Positions 19,745 through 20,000 of a DNA stretch of 20,000 bases are shown here, piece by piece. The stretch lies in assembly GCF_004010195.1 (NCBI RefSeq), contig NC_057718.1, positions 35,983,868-36,003,867 of the forward strand. The letters run 5' to 3'. Positions within the stretch are counted from its first letter, which is position 1; every line of letters begins with the position of its first letter. The notes under the pieces are model-generated. The model saw only the letters and a program-made list of their open reading frames with translations, had not been told where the DNA came from and searched no databases. The translations under genes and the position numbers were made by a program. This DNA is from Chiloscyllium plagiosum (Eukaryota).

Positions 19745-20000
19745 ATGGCTGGGCAGGTGATGTGTTGTTGCTGTATGATGTGGGAGCTGGCTGATCCCAT
19801 TGTGAACGGCAGTGACCACATCTGCAGCAAGTGTTGGTTGCTGGAAGAAATCCAGATCAGAGTTGATGATCTGGAATCTGAGCTTCAAACACTGCGGCAC
19901 ATCCGGGAGGGGGAGAGTTACCTGGATGCTTTGTTTCAGGAGGCAGTCACACCTGGGAGATTAAGTAATTCACATTCAGCTAGTGATCAGGCACAAAAGA
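19745..20000 (+). mobile_element. CR1-type LINE ORF1 N-terminus (zinc finger / leucine zipper), open to the window edge
   Basis: ATG at 19745 then 85 uninterrupted codons: MAGQVMCCCCMMWELADPIVNGSDHICSKCWLLEEIQIRVDDLESELQTLRHIREGESYLDALFQEAVTPGR... It has CxxC..CxxC plus a heptad leucine repeat and is preceded by an aactaattaactaacta low-complexity leader. Confidence 0.85.

Overview
Eukaryotic genomic DNA, most likely from a cartilaginous fish (shark-type CR1/HER1 LINEs, Penelope-like repeats and a tRNA-derived SINE head; the taxon is inferred from recalled repeat families). The only host gene I can support is cox7a2l (SCAF1/COX7RP) on the + strand: exon 2 at 5489-5626, terminal exon 3 at 8586-8729 and a polyA signal at 9152. 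Exon 1 is not in the window. Neither exon appears in the ORF track. Most of the rest is transposon debris: seven or more CR1 fragments, an open CR1 ORF1 start running off the right edge, two decayed Harbinger Myb/SANT genes, a Tigger/pogo-type MITE and several short Penelope-derived insertions. The Penelope-derived insertions are the most notable signal. Three are 84-172 bp long, share endpoints, carry clean 12-16 bp target-site duplications and have a fold-back architecture. Three copies on the minus strand retain a recognisable minimal hammerhead ribozyme core (CUGAUGA...GAAA). Hammerheads in Penelope-like elements are known in general, so any novelty would be in this miniature form. All family assignments come from sequence reading and recall; no database search was run.
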